The notes: a model not told the origin generated them from the sequence alone. Counted from the first letter of the stretch, positions 23,701 to 38,000 are shown. The stretch is DNA of 64,000 nt from Podarcis bocagei (GCA_964188305.1 OZ076889.1); one strand, 5' to 3'. Made by a program: numbers and translations.

Positions 23701-26700
23701 AATTAATGGCATCTGGTCCCCATAGCAGACTTCTTTAAAATGCTGTTGAATCCCAGAGCAGTAGCTACTATTCTCAGAGGAGAGTAAATTGAAGGGAAGT
23801 TTATTTAGCCAGCATCAGGAGCAAAAATACTGCCACCTCCATACAGTTCATGAATAGAATGGACTGTAGCAGTTTAGAGGACCTAAGATTGCTATATATG
23901 TCCTTGGGTGGTGGCCTTTTGCATGTTCCCCAAGGACAGATGTATGGAAAGAAAGTCTGTCATTCAGCCTCGGGTGTGATTATCACTAAGGTTGCAATCT
24001 TATGCACACTTAACAGTGAGTAAACCTCAATAAACACAGTGAGGATGTACTTCTGAGTAAACAGCATTGAATTATGATGAACAGCTCACACTCTTCAATC
24101 CATTCCTGCTCCTGTTCAGCTGTAATGTTTTCTTTTAACAGGGTGAACATCCCCATCTTTTCTTTAATGCATTTTAGTGCTGTTCAGATAACCTACCGCA
24201 CTTAGACATAGAGTGCCGGAGAAATGCAGAGCATGTTTTAATGGCTCTAGTGCAGGTGTACCAGGTTGCTAATGAGACCTTAATGTCGGTGGCATCATCA
24301 TTGCCATGGAGAGGCAAGGGGACAGCAGCCAAAGCACGCTCCCTTTAACTGACATAAATGATCCATTAAATATTGCTGTGTTGTAGGCCTGCACAACTTG
24401 TGACCCACCAAGTCAAATGCCCTGTTTTTTTAAGTCTCAACTGAAAAGCAAAACCAGGAGATTTATCAAAGCCCATAGTGGGCTGTAATGTGTAGACAGG
24501 GAGTTGAACTTGACATAGTGCATCACACAGTGCTAATCACTGCAAAAGGGAAGAATGCCATGTTACCCTAGGATAACCCTCTTGTTACCCTCTTGAACCT
24601 TGAGTCCCCAGGTGTTGTTTAACTACAACTCCCATAATCCCTGGCCATTAGCTAAGCTGGTTGAAGATGATAGGATTTGTAGTGCAACAACAAGTTTGTA
24701 TTCCAAGGACCCAAGAACACTGCTCCAGGAAGTCAGTGCCATAATTATATTTGTTTTGAGCCTTGCCCCTGATACAGCCTGGATCATATTTATGGCCTTC
24801 ATGCAACACACAGGGTGAAGTGTCCAAATGGACAACATTGTGCTGTCCTAGACACATTCACCAGCACATTCCTCATCACACAAAAGTCCAGCTGCATCCC
24901 TGAGGATATCCTTCAAGGCAAACTTTTGGAAAGCGCTAAATGTGGTTTATGGTAATCACCACTAGAGGACTCACAATTATTCCATAAATCCCCCCACCCC
25001 AGTACTCACAACTTTCATCCTCATTACCAAATGTTTCAGTGGAAAGAGCCTGAGCTAGGGAATCCTGTACATACTTTGGCTGCACCTTTGATATCATTGC
25101 AATGGTAGACCTAATATTGTGGAAGGCCTTTTTTCCAGCCATTGCCCTCGATCTAGAATCAACCTGGGAGCCTCTGGAAACATGAAGCTTGCAAAGCTCA
25201 GTGTGCTGCTACAATCTGCCTGGGCTGATAGATGCCAAGGCTGGTCCATGTCAGCTTTAAAGCTGTGTAGCAATGGCAGAGAGCCTGCGAACCCAGTTAA
25301 AGAGCAAGCCTAGGAGTTCTTATTTGCTTGGTTGCTCTCTGTGTAATAATGTTCTGATAGAAGGGATTGTGCAATGCAGCCTTTCAAAGCATAGAAATCA
25401 CACGGCATGGGCAATTCTAGTGCATCAGTTCCACCAAATAAATTCTCTGACTTGGAGGTGGTCACACATTGTGGCAGCCCAGGCTGCAAAGCACCAGAAC
25501 AAATTTTTGGGAAGATGCAAAGACAGCTGCTGTTTAAGGACTCCAAAGCCTGTTTCAGTATTTGTTCAAAAATGGATAAATAAGTAGAATATGCCATAGG
25601 GATAGTGGACCAGTGTGAAGCTTCTTTCTTTTCTTTTTAAGTTTAGAAACCCCGATTGATTTTTATTTTATTTTTTGGCCTAAATTTTACCACTCTTCAT
25701 CTAGTTTTCAAGAGGCAATAGTTGGTAATTTTGTCTTCCCAACCCCCAGCCCACCTCTGAAGAGGAATCTAGGCTTTAGTCGGTTTTAAAAAGATTATAG
25801 TACTCTGGTTTTCAGATTTAAGGGGCCCTTATAATGTAACTCTAATTGACATTTAGTAGCCACATCTTCAAAAAGCTCTGCCAGGTACTTTGGAAATTTT
25901 GTCTCCATTAGGAAAAATTGGCCTGTGCAGCCCACAGAACCTAGAAACTACCACATCTGTGTGCAGCAGAGAATAGACATAAAGGACTCCTAGGGATTGA
26001 TTTGGGGGTGTATTATGCTGCTGTGTTGTTGAAGTTTAAGCAGGTCTTTGACTGGTTCTTGCCAGGGGTGGGAGGCTGCCTGCCTGTGTGAGCCACAACT
26101 GAGATTTCTGAAGGAAGAGCAGAATAAAAGTGCCATAAATTACAGCACCATAAGAGATATGGACATCAGTCGTTACGCATTTGTTACATATTTTTGTTCC
26201 TTGCATTTTCTCAGCACTGAAAACATAGTATTTTGTTACTAAGGAACAACAATTCTTCTATTGCACAGAATCAGGTTGTGCAAGTGAGGTTGAGCTGGGC
26301 TGCAGAACATATGTATACCGGTAAGTGCTGAAGACAGCTTCTGCATAGTGACTATGACATCAGTAGTGATAAGCAGAAAACTCTCCTCTCCCCACCAGTT
26401 TTCAGAACTTTAATTGTTCAAGTCTTCCATAGCTTTGCAGTCATCCAGCACGACCACTTTTTTTTTAGAACTTGAGCCCGAACAACAGCAGATATTTTAA
26501 TTTAAGCAAGGGCTAAGGTCTTGAATTGGTTTTGAAAGCCAGGGAACATGTAAGGTCATGATTAAAAACAAACAAACAAACGTGCATCCTACTTTTAGAT
26601 GGACACATTTTAGGTGGGATGTGCAATGCTTTGCTGTCAAAAACATGACCAGGTCCACACTTGTTTAGTTTCAGCAATGCTACACCATAAAGTGTTCCCA

Positions 26701-27356
26701 GGCTACTCATAGCTCCCACATAGCATCTAATAATAAAGGAAGTTATCTCTGGGCACATGCAGAGTGTACTTTCATCCTCATTGAGTAACCATAGCTCAGG
26801 AATTAGAGGTTTCTCAAATCAGAATGCATAGCTTCTAGGCAGGTTTTTGTGCCAGAAGTTTTCTCTGTAACAATTAACTACTGCATACTAGAATGTTTTT
26901 GCATCAGCATTAATTTAGCCAGTAAATGACTGTATGTTTGAAAACAAACATCCTCTAACACATCTGACACTAGTTCCTTCCTCTGTTTGTTTAAATTTGT
27001 TTTTAATGATGAAAAATTGAAATAAGAAAACTCACAAAATACTGACTCATAGATGCGGTCATCCCCAAACGATTCCTTCTCAGTTCTGTGATGAGCACCA
27101 ACTGTAGATAACAACATGCTAAACTGTCTCATTATCAAACTACCTTTCTTCTTGTGGATCAGTTTTTCCTATCTAAACTTTATTATGATGGTTATTATTT
27201 TTGTCTGTGCAACGCTGGGGATTTTATAACTCTTCAAAATACTAAAAATACTAAACGCCTGGATAGGCTTGCATTAAAAATAGAATTCTCCAGATAAATA
27301 TGCCAAACACTGACACAGGACCATCACTACTGTCGTTTGAGCTGTGGTAGTGGAGG

Positions 27357-27359
<3 letters not shown>

Positions 27360-27398
<39 letters not shown>
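27360..27398. repeat. (CA)n microsatellite
   Basis: Directly visible. Confidence 0.95.
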
Positions 27399-27400
<2 letters not shown>

Positions 27401-28254
27401 ATTCTTCATGTACTGGCAAAGTTCAGCAAAATTACATAATGTGGACTGTTGGCTCTAAAAGCAAGTGAGTTTTGACTAAGCAACAGGATGGGAGAAGTGT
27501 TCTAGGCATTTTGGAATGAGGCAGGTTTTCCTGTGTCCCTGTGAAGAACAGCCCCATGAACAAATATGCAGGTTCAGAAAGATTTATCAGCATCCCAGGC
27601 TATCCTGGATTCAGTTTCTAGGGCTAGATGTAGGAAGGAAATGACTCAGTGGCTCTACAGGCCAAAGTAGCTTAGAAACTGACAAAAGACTGAAATGGAG
27701 CTAACATTCCCACACTTGTTTTCTTTGAGACAAATGTAGGAAATAGTGGTCCCACTTAGCAGATCCCAGACCATCCAATGTCAGAGTCTGAACTGTGAGA
27801 CAAGAACAATGTTTTACTTTAGCCTGTAGGACTAAATGGCAGCTCTGTCGTCTTCAGGCACAGGGAATAAAGTGTATGCTGTCCCTTTAATTACAACCCA
27901 ACCTCTGGATTCTTTCCCCACTCTACCCCCATTTCCCTTTGACTAGGTAGGGGAAACCTTGTTGCAGGCCTGTATTTTGAGCCCTTTCAGAGAGCTGCTC
28001 CACCTGTGTGGAGCCTGAATTCAGTAGACATCGCTCACCAGAAAACACGTGTTCTCTGAGAATGTCAGGATGCACATCAAAAGGCACTGGCCCAGCTCAG
28101 ATGTCATATTAAATTACAGTTTATTTAGAATGGAGCCCAAATTTAAGAAACACTGGCATAGTCCCCATCCATTTCTTGGTCACACTATAATGTGACAAAG
28201 AGATCATGAAACCAAGGAAAGGCATTCAATATTTATTATCACCCCTTTTTTTTT

Positions 28255-28520
28255 GAGAGCCAGTGTGGTGTAGTGGTTAAGAGCGGTAGTCTCATAATCT
28301 GGGGAACCAGGTTCGCATCTCCGCTCCTCCACATGCAGCTGCCGGGTGACCTTGGGCCAGTCAACTTCTCTGAAGTCTCTCAGCCCCACTCACCTCACAG
28401 AGTGTTTGTTGTGGGGGAGGAAGGGAAAGGAGATTGTTAGCCGCTTTGAGACTCCTGAAGGGGAGTGAAAGGCAGGATATCAAATCCAAACTCTTCTTCT
28501 TCTTTTTCTTCTTCTTCTTT
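28255..28520 (+). mobile_element. Full-length tRNA-derived SINE, Squam3-type
   Basis: A-box TGGTGTAGTGG, B-box-like GGTTCGCATCT, core CTCAGCCCCACTCACCTCACAGAGTG, L2-like 3' end TTGTTAGCCGCTTTGAG...GGATAT, (CTT)n tail; preceded by a T run. Family name from recall. Confidence 0.75.
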
Positions 28521-29809
28521 TTTCCATAATGGCTCTCTGGACAACATGTGTGGGGTTGCATCCAGGCATTGACAGACCTGGTCTTGCTTAGTTTCACAGG
28601 CTTGTTGCATCATGCACCTTTGGACCATATCCTGCTCCAGCAAAGGCTCTTACAGTGTTAACCATAAGTTAGGGCTTTCGTTTTCATTGCTTTGCATAAA
28701 ATGTATTTCAAGTTATTTACTGGTATTCCACCTACAAAAATGCTGGTTGTAATTTGAAAATCAGGAAGGTTTAGTATTTAATTGAGCAAGAGTGTCAAAT
28801 TTTGTCACAGTAGGTCTCCCTAAGTCCCTCATGTGTAATTGCATTTCCTTTTTCTGTACTGGAACCAGAAACAGTCTATTGCTGCCAGGTAGAAATGAAG
28901 TGCTTGGCTTGTGTCAAGGGACAAACACCAGAGAAGAAGGATTGCAAAAATAAAAGGTCACAGACCCTTGCATTACACTGAGAGGGAGGAAAAGCTGGTC
29001 CCAGATCAGTATCCTGCCATTTGAATGCTGGAACAGCACTTGTTCATTTTTGCATTGTGTGCACATTGTTGGGGATGCATTTTACTTGGTTCACCATGTC
29101 AGATACCATGGGGTGTGTGTCTGTTGTTTACTCACTATTGCAATTAAAAACTTCCTTAAGATCTCATTCTATGAGCCACTGCACAGCAAAAGTGAACATA
29201 CAAGGAGCTGCTGGCATAACACCATGGGACAAGGTTTCCACATTTCAAAAAGTGAAAAATCAGTGATTTCTGCCTGGACAGCTGAATCCTGTCTATGTCC
29301 GGGAAATTCCTGACCTATGGCAACCCTACCATAGGAGGAATTCAACATCACCCTCTTCTGGTGATTCCATCAGCCTGCCAGGTGGAATGAGCACCCTCAT
29401 CTCCTTTCATGTACTCTTCTGGAGGTTCTCGTGACTCTCCAGAGTGGATTTGAGGGAAGCATGGGGTGTGTGGGAGAAGAGCAGAGGAAGCCTCATTGCA
29501 TTAGCAGGAGCCCATGCACTGGCTTCTGCTAGCACACCAGGTTAGTTGAACCCTGAGCCATGTCCTGTTTGCTTTGCACCAGTGTCACAAGCCAAGCCAA
29601 GTTCTTGCTGTGGCACACCAAGGGAAATAAGTGGCTGAATTTAAGAAGGAATGGTGTTCTAGGAATAGTAGCATGCTCTTTAGACCTAAAGCTGAGCCTA
29701 CACTGAGCTTGAACTGAAAGCTAGGTCTACACCAGTATTTTATAGTTTAGTCTTTCCCCACTTCCTAGCTCTGCATTTTGACCTTGGTCAATATATATAT
29801 ATTGAGTTT

Positions 29810-30098
29810 AGTCTAGGTATCTGGCTGAAGATGTAACTAGGCTTCCAACTTGGACAGCTTTAAACAGATGAGACAAATTCATGGAGGATAAAGCTATCAT
29901 AGGCTACTAGTCATGATACCTGTACAATGTCAGTATGCCTCTAAATGCCAGTTGCTGGGAAAGATGTGCAAGAAAGGTTGTTGTGCTCATGTCCTGCTTG
30001 TGGGCTTCTCATAGACACCTACTTGGCCACTGTGGGAACAGACTGTTTGACAAAATGGGCTTTTGGCCTGTTCCCACAGGGTTCTCATCTTCTTATGA
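29810..30098 (+). mobile_element. Old CR1-type LINE 3' remnant (related pieces ~48520-48992 +, ~45045-45250 -, ~4240-4470 -)
   Basis: Shared segments such as ATGTCCTGCTT(G/A)T.GGCTTC, TTGGCC.TG and TCTTATG end between 29.9-30.1 kb and 48.9 kb. Confidence 0.5.
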
Positions 30099-31577
30099 TA
30101 CCCACCATCACAGCAAGTTGTATCTATACTGCTATGAGGTTAGAGAGTAAAGAATAGTGTTAGGCAAGCATGGCAATGACCATCTTTATATAGAACCTTC
30201 TACACCAAAGTCTTGCAAGATAAGTGAGATCTGGCAAGAGGGAAGAAAATGAGACTTCATTCCAGGCTGCCAATCCTCTCAGAGCTGAATGATGCTTAAG
30301 GGCCTCATTATATCATCACACTGACTGGTCCTCCCTGTCTACATCCAGCCCATTTCTCATGGCAATCACTATTGTGTGGAACTCTCATCAGCTGCATCCT
30401 CCACCCTGTTAGCATGGCTGGGGAAGAGAAAATGGTTTTGGTTTTTTTAATGACAGGAACATCCTTAGCAAAGAAGCAAGAGTCAGTGTTAAAAATAAAA
30501 GAAAACAAGACAGCTTGTTTCATCCAAACAGAGAGGTTATTAAAGAAGCTTGAATTAATCAGTGATCTGCCACTGCTCTGAAATGGAAAAGCAGGGCTGA
30601 GAACTGAGTGGGAAGAAAGTCACTTTCCCAGGTACACATTTACATTAAATTATTATTGAAGAGGTCATACTGTGCTCTGTTGTGGATGCAGATATGCTCA
30701 TCAGCCCTCTGCTTCTTGGGAAACAGATGCATAGAAAACACTTCAGTTGGGGGTGTTGCCATTACCAATGATCTGAGTACAAGACACGCATATTGCCAAG
30801 CATGGAAGCATTCCCACCTGCCTCCACTTCAGCTCCCAGTAGAATGGCTGCAGATTCAAATCTCAAAGTGTTCAGAATAGCATGATTACGTCTGCCTGAT
30901 GGATCATGTGACTCTACACAGTGCCTAGTAACAGATCCTTGACATTTATCTTGATCAGAGTATCCATCCCAATGCCAGACCTCGGAAATCAGGGCAAAGG
31001 ACTATGCCTCATGCAGTGTATGGGCTCTATACCAGGGATGGTGGCTCCAGAAGTTGTTGTCCCTTGCAAGGTCAGATGCTGGGGCTGCTGGGAGTCCAGC
31101 AAGATCTGGAGGTCCACATGTTCCCTTCCCTGTTGCTTAGTTACCATGTCAATTAATTATCATACCATTACTGACCAACAGGAAACTAGAATGTAATTGG
31201 GTAACTTGTTCATAGTTTACTCACAGATGAGCAGGTACAAATCTTAAAAGGTATATAGGTTTCAGTTCCTGTGCTTGCAAGCATGTTTTCCATAGTATTT
31301 ATATATATAAAGTAATACAGTTTTTACAAGCTTATTTTGATGTGTGTACTGCCTGGACCAGTGTTGTCACATTTATTTCCCTTCTAAGCTAAGCTACTAA
31401 TTCTTCTAATTCTTATTATTATACAGATCTATATATTCAACACTCTGAACAGTTTGTACAAATTGCCTCCTTTTAAGTGAAAGATAACCCCACCCAAAGT
31501 CTCATCATACATTTCTTTGCATGTATGTAAATCTGTATAGAACTGCCATGAATTGAGCAGTTATAAAATGCAGAAGA

Positions 31578-32050
31578 CATCATAGCTCAGTGGCAGAGTA
31601 CAAGTTTTGCATGTGGGATGCCCAGGTTCAATCCCAGCATCTCCAGCTAAAAGGCCTTAAATAGCAGAGCTGTGAGTCTCAGCCTAAGATGCTGTCATTC
31701 AGAGTAGCATTTGTTGTTGTGGTTGTTTAGTCGTGTCCGACTCTTTGTGACCCCATGGACCAGAGCACGCCAAGCACTTCTGTCTTCCACTGCCTCCCAC
31801 AGTTTGGTCAAACGCATGCTGGTAGCTTCGAGAACACTGTCCAACCATCTCGTCCTCTGTCGTCCCCTTCTCCTTGTGCCCTCAGTCTTTCCCAACATCA
31901 GGGTCTTTTCCAGGGAGTCTTCTCTTCTCATGAGGTGGCCAAAGTATTGGAGTCTCAACTTCAGGATCTGTCCTTCCAGTGAGCACTCAGGGCTGATTTC
32001 CTTCAGAATAGATAAGTTTGAGTAGCGTATACTGGGCTAAATGGACAGTG
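31578..32050 (+). mobile_element. tRNA-headed SINE split by a Bov-B insertion (other copies ~35612-35780, ~53600-53770, ~58803-58953, ~63730-63840)
   Basis: TAGCTCAGTGGCAGAG (A box) and GGTTCAATCCC (B box); body resumes ACTGGGCTAAATGGAC after Bov-B, matching ACTGGGTGAGATGAAC and GCTGAGCTAAACAGGC in the other copies. Confidence 0.6.
31711..32019 (-). mobile_element. Bov-B (RTE clade) LINE, 5'-truncated 3' end
   Basis: Minus-strand peptide RLQYFGHLMRREDSLEKTLMLGKTEGTRRRGRQRTRWLD...WRALVHGVTKSRTRL is the typical Bov-B ORF C-terminus; (CAA)n tail; TSD GAGTAGCAT (31702-31710) / GAGTAGCGT (32020-32028). Confidence 0.92.
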
Positions 32051-35000
32051 AGCTTCATGGGAAATATAGGAAGTTGCCTCAAACAGTGCCATACTATTTT
32101 GTCTATCTAACCTGGTAGTTTAGTTAGTATAGTGCAGCAATTCTTTTGGGTTTCAGGCAGAGTTCTTTCTTTCCACCACGTCCTATTAAGGCATTCTCTC
32201 TTGATAGACCAAGTATCGAAACTGGGATCTTCTGTATACAAAGCATTTACTCTACATTCCCCCTCCCTATACTCAAACAGACCACAGAGAGCAGAGTGAC
32301 GTGACTTAGTTTAGCCACAAAGTCAGATCATGCATGTACCCAGAAGTATACAACGCCATATGCTAGCTTCATCTGTTTATGGGAGATGTTTCCATTTTCT
32401 GTCTCTGATCTAAGACACCAATACGAACACATGAAGATGAGATAAAACCTACATAAATGGAAATTAACATTTCCTATTTTTTAAAAATCATGTTAGTACA
32501 AAATTACTAAATGGTTACCATTGGCCCAAATAAAACTCAGGTCTAGCCATACTAATTGGTTTCTACACTGCTGCATACAAAGCCCTTCCAAATGGTTTTC
32601 AACATTACATTTTATTCACATATCACTAGAATAAACAAGAGGTCTGTTTAGTTGCTCTAATTCATTGTAAGCATACTTATGAGCCTCTGCTGTTTGCATG
32701 CATGTGATACTCTAGTATGGGGGAGGGTTTCTGTTTTCTTCTTACCTTCCTTGTTGATATGTTGGGGTACTGTCTTTGTTTCTCTGAGAATAGTAAGAAC
32801 CAGAATGTTGACAGCAAGGGTTTACATTCCTGTTGTTTTTGCTTGGCGCTTACTGCTCACAAGCTCTGAAGATAATCCCACACCTGGAATAGAATTATTT
32901 ATCCAGTAACTAGAGAGAATATTTCAGGGCTTGTGTATGTGCGGGCTTTTGCTGCTGCTTGTTCCTAATAATATCAATGCCGGCAGCAGAGTGAAATCTA
33001 TAGCTGCACAGTCGGGGATTCGGAATTTCAGAACCTAATTTAAACAAATATACAATTTCCGGGTTTACTTATGTAACAGCACTGTGGCTTCTGTGAAGCC
33101 ACCATGGGGAGCATTGAGGATTATGAACGCCACTCTCTTTTAAAGGGCTGGCACGGCCAAGGGCTTGTGTTGTTTTAATGGGGTGCCTGGGGAGTCATTT
33201 AATTTGGTGCTGGGTGGGTTTATCTGCTGCAAGGAGTTTTTCCAGCATACAGACGGGGGGAAACAAAGATCCTCTTGCACTTGCTTCTGTGCTGTGCTTT
33301 GTGGCACGCAGGCAGCTAGTGTGCTGAACTTTGACACTGAAGTCTTAAATTCAATTCATTTGAAGTCAATTTTTGATACAGAGCTTCTCCATAACCTTGG
33401 ACAAGGTTATTCTACCTCATGCGCCTGTTCCTTTCCTATGCACTTTTCTACCTACCCCATCAGATCAGCCAAAGGGCTTCATGTCTGAAGCACTGAGGGT
33501 CTTCACAAAGGTGTTGCATTCATTGTGGATGCAGTACTGTTGTCATGTGGGCTCTGCAATGTCTGTTACATAGTAAGTGACATTTGGATTGTGCTACATT
33601 CAGGAACAGTATGAACTGTCCCATTAGCACAAAGCAGCAGCCCATTATCCAGATTCTACCCCTTCGTTGGCCTAGAGAAACCTTGCAACTGGTTTGTGTT
33701 TCAGCCCTATCAAGGAGTTGTATAAACCTAATGCACATGCTGTGTTACCAACACCAGTGAAGAGTCTGACATCAGTCATTCTGATCCACCAGCAAATATG
33801 ACACACAACTCCAATAAGGGGTGGGGAAGAAACCCACAACCTTAACAGGATATGAGATTTAAATTTCAAAAATTCAGTTTGTGGTGAAGCATGAAAATTC
33901 ACTATATAAAAACTGTTTTGCCTAAGCCTATGCTTCAGTTGCAACCATTTTAACTCTCCTGCATTGCTTTGGTTTTAGTAAGGATGAGAAGTGGGGCCGA
34001 GTTACACTGAATTAGGTCAATGTTCCATCTAGCTCAGTAATGTTTATTATGACTGGCAGTGGCCCCCCATGGATAAAGCAGAGGGTTGTGTTTCTCCCAG
34101 CCCAGGTCTGTTATGCAGGATTCTGCTCTTTAAAATAAAATGGAAGTTAAACCTGAGACATTTTCTTATTTGTTTATTTAAATGTTTTCAGGCATAGCCC
34201 CCAAAGGTGGCTTACAGATAATCATAAAATATAGAATCCAACAAAATGCTATTTGACGTTAACACAAAACCCAACAGGTTTGAAAACAGGATCTTGAAAT
34301 TTCAATTCATGGGCCAAAACTATCCAATACAAATTTCATACAGTTCATTCCAAAGGTGGAATGGAACACTGAAAAGATTTCAAGGTACTGTACCCTTTTA
34401 AACACAAATGTTGTTTTAATGGCCATTAGCAGGCCAGTACTGTAGGTTACATCCATTAGATGCATTCATCTGTTACACAAGCACTGAGTACTGTTCTTCC
34501 CCAGTCTAGAGTTGGGAGTTGTCTCTAACTAATCAGAACAAGGGATTGCCATTTCACTCAGGAATAACTGTAGCAGAAACATGGGAGGTAGCATACAGGG
34601 AATAAAGGGGTGCTCCAGGGTGTTAGTTTCAGCCAGAGCTCAGATCTAGAAACCTTGGACACAGAACCACTTTTAGTATGGGTTAAATTCCTCTTCCTAA
34701 CCCCATCCAGCCAATACACATATGGGAGAGACACATATAAGAGAACAAGTCTTATTTTGATTGCAGTTATCACAAATGTGTGCTTGCCAAATTCAGGATA
34801 TAGGTATTTTCTTGGATTTTATAGCTTACGTGGAAATGTAGCAAATTCACTCTTGCTCTCTCTCTCTGGGTTTGGTTCCACATGATCTTTACACATGAAG
34901 GTTGTTGGCTTAGTGTTTCTGGAAACCGATTGGCTGCCCAGCTTCACAGTATTTGCAAATAAGTGATTGAGATAAAGAGAACATACCTGATATTCCCAGC

Positions 35001-38000
35001 ATGAATGTTCCACTCTTCGGATATTTGTCCCAGCACAAGCTTGACTCCAAAATTACGTATGTGATGCTCTTTCCAGGTGAGTCTGAATAGAGCTTATCTA
35101 TTTATCCATCGAGGGCTGATAATTTTGAGATGAAAGCCATGCATGGGAATCAAGGCTGAAATTTCAGTCTGGTTTCTCAGATGAAGCTCAAAGGATCTCA
35201 ACGGGCATGAAGCAGCATATATAATTACTATTGGGCTAGAGTTCATGGAGCTGGTTGTGCCTTTCTTCAAATTATTGTTTACGTAAATTCCCCACTGTGC
35301 TAAATATTGTATATATCCAGATCACTAGACTGAGATTATAACCTTAAGTCCCAAGTCACACTAATGTGTTTGGATGGGAACCTGTGGCTCAGAAAGATAC
35401 AAGTAGTCATTCTGAGTCATGGAACTCTTTCCAGCGATGAGTTCTGTGATTTAATGAAATCTGTAGTAGTGAGTCCTCTCCATTATTTTCATGATAAGGC
35501 TCCTTGGTGCCAGATGGCACATCATCCCAGCCCTGGAGGAAAATAATGCCTATGTGTGTGGGTGCCTCTCTGTCCTAGACAATGCTTTTGGCAATTCCTT
35601 TTGGATAGCAGGAAGGGATGTAGCTGCAAACAGAAGATGCTCTGTAAACAGAAGGTCCCAAGTTCAATCCCCAGCATCTCCAGGCCAAGATAGGAGAAGA
35701 CCCCTGACTGAAACCCTGGAAAGCTTCTGCCAATCAGTGCAGACAGTACTGGGTGAGATGAACTAATGGTTTGACTTATACCCAGTTGGTTTTTGGTCCA
35801 TCTGGCTCAATACTGGGTTTCAGGCAGATCCCACATGGGATGAGGTGGTGAAGATCTCTGGTGTAGCCCAAGGCACACATACCACTTCTTGTCTGCATCT
35901 CAAAGCATTTTCACTCTTTTCCATATCAAGGAAGCTGAATCACAGAGAAGGGAAGTAACTCACTCACAGAGTTATTTAGTTAGTCAGTGGCAAAACTGGA
36001 GATAGATTCCACCCCCTGCCCTCCACTTTGGCTGAAAATCACTATTCTTCCAAACCACTGTCTGCAGCTAAATGTTGTCATAACTTGCAATTTGCCCACA
36101 GTTATGCTTCCTCTTTTTCCCCAGACAATCTGACGTGTGTGAGGCAGAGATATGGGGTTGCGGGTGGGGGAGGAAAGAGAGAAGGCTCATCCGGTACACT
36201 TGTTGGATAAACAATATCTGAAACTGGGACAATAAGCGAGAATTAAGTCCATAATTCATGTGATTATGTTTGTTATCAGGGAAATGCCTTTTCACAGCTG
36301 GGTTTTATTCTTTCCCTCCAGCTCTCCTCCTCTTGAACCCCCCTCCTCCCTCCAAATTTGGCAGGAAGCAATTATCGGAATACTGTACTTGGCCCTCCTA
36401 GCTATTTCTCAGATTTGTGAATACAATATTGCAGAAATATTATCCCTGTGCGTACATAAAGGGCAGGAGGAAGATGGGTGGGCCAACAGGTCCTGGACAC
36501 TGACATGTTTTAGATGTGCAACATTTCCATTCCCACTACTGGTACTGTGTATACAACATACATTTAAAACATAGCACCTGGCACCCCCAAAGAATCATGG
36601 AGACTGTAGTTAAGGGTGCTGGGAATTATAACCCTGTAGACTACAGCTCCCAGTATGGTGTGCACACAGCCACTGGATATGGTCATACCAGTAGTTTTAT
36701 TGTCCACCCGCAACACAGCTAGTTCTAATCCCCTGGAACTTTGGCAAGAAGGTAGGCTTGTCCATTGCTGGCTCCAAAACTTGAAGAGGAGCTTTGAACA
36801 AGATTCCCTTAGTGGGTCTCGGTGACACTGTGTCCTCCTTGCCACTTTCACCACGGCCCCTTTTGCCCTCTCCTTGTGAGTCCAATCTGCAGCATTGCCC
36901 AGAAGGAGAAACCAAGACAAGTGAAGACTAACAGTCCTTCTTGCTCTTGATACTATTTGGACACTTAGAGAGGACAGTTGAGCAGGCAGCAATTTCAAGG
37001 AGGAGGAGCTGGGTAAGAGGGCACAGGGGTCAACAGTACATCCGTCCTGTCCCCCCCCCCATAGGATATGGACCTAAGCAGGTACCGGGTGATGACAACC
37101 GCTGGTGCCAACTGTGTATTTCCGTCACCCTTCTCTTTTCCCTATTAGTTTTACTTATATTTATTGCTCACATTCAATGCTAACTAAGGGAAAACATTTA
37201 AGCATGCATACATGTCAATGAACAGTCATATGAAAATCAGCAAAGAGGGCCCAATCCAATCTAACAGAAGCACTTTGTTATATCATTAGTTTCAATTGGA
37301 ATAATAAACAAGTCTTTGCTGAATGGTAATTGAAATCAGTGGGACCCCCTACATGGTTATGTGGGGCTGGATTATGCCCACTGTTTCTATCTCTTTGTCT
37401 GTGGATGAAGCATTGGCACAGCCTGGATGAACTGCACGCTTTCTCTCAAGCCTTATAAAAAGAGGCAGACAAGTAACAAGCAAGGCAGTGGGTATATTTC
37501 ATTTGCCTTATGGCTTGGGAAGAAAGCTCCTACCTATCTTGGCTGCTGCTGCAGCCATGCCTGGATCCTATTATCATGGCTGCCTTAACAGATGGGAGCA
37601 AATGACCATGCCATACTGTGACAGACAAGATGTATGTTCTCCTATGTATCCTAAGTTACACCTCCCTCTCCCCACCTCAATCGACTAGCAATAGCTTTAT
37701 GTGCTCATTTCTCCCTCATTCACTTGACTTACTCTGCATTTAGCTGTGTTAGGAATCACTTCTCAATTCTGTTCTGCTGGCTTTGCAGTGCAACTCACCT
37801 GGGACTAATTCATCTGCTCTGATTTCATTGGTTCTAGCCTACCAGCTGCCTTTGTAAAACCAAGTAGGGTTAAGTTGTGTGACATCCCCAAGGTCCAAAG
37901 TTTAGAGAGGTTGGGTTCAGATTGTTGTGTTTTTGTGGGTGGAATTTAATTGTATACCAGCAATTAAAGTTGATTTGGCACATTTGTGAAACAAACCAGC

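Noticed and set aside
31578-31640. tRNA-like A and B boxes (also ~39700-39750 on minus, and ~58808)
   Set aside because: SINE heads with no intact cloverleaf; not tRNA genes.
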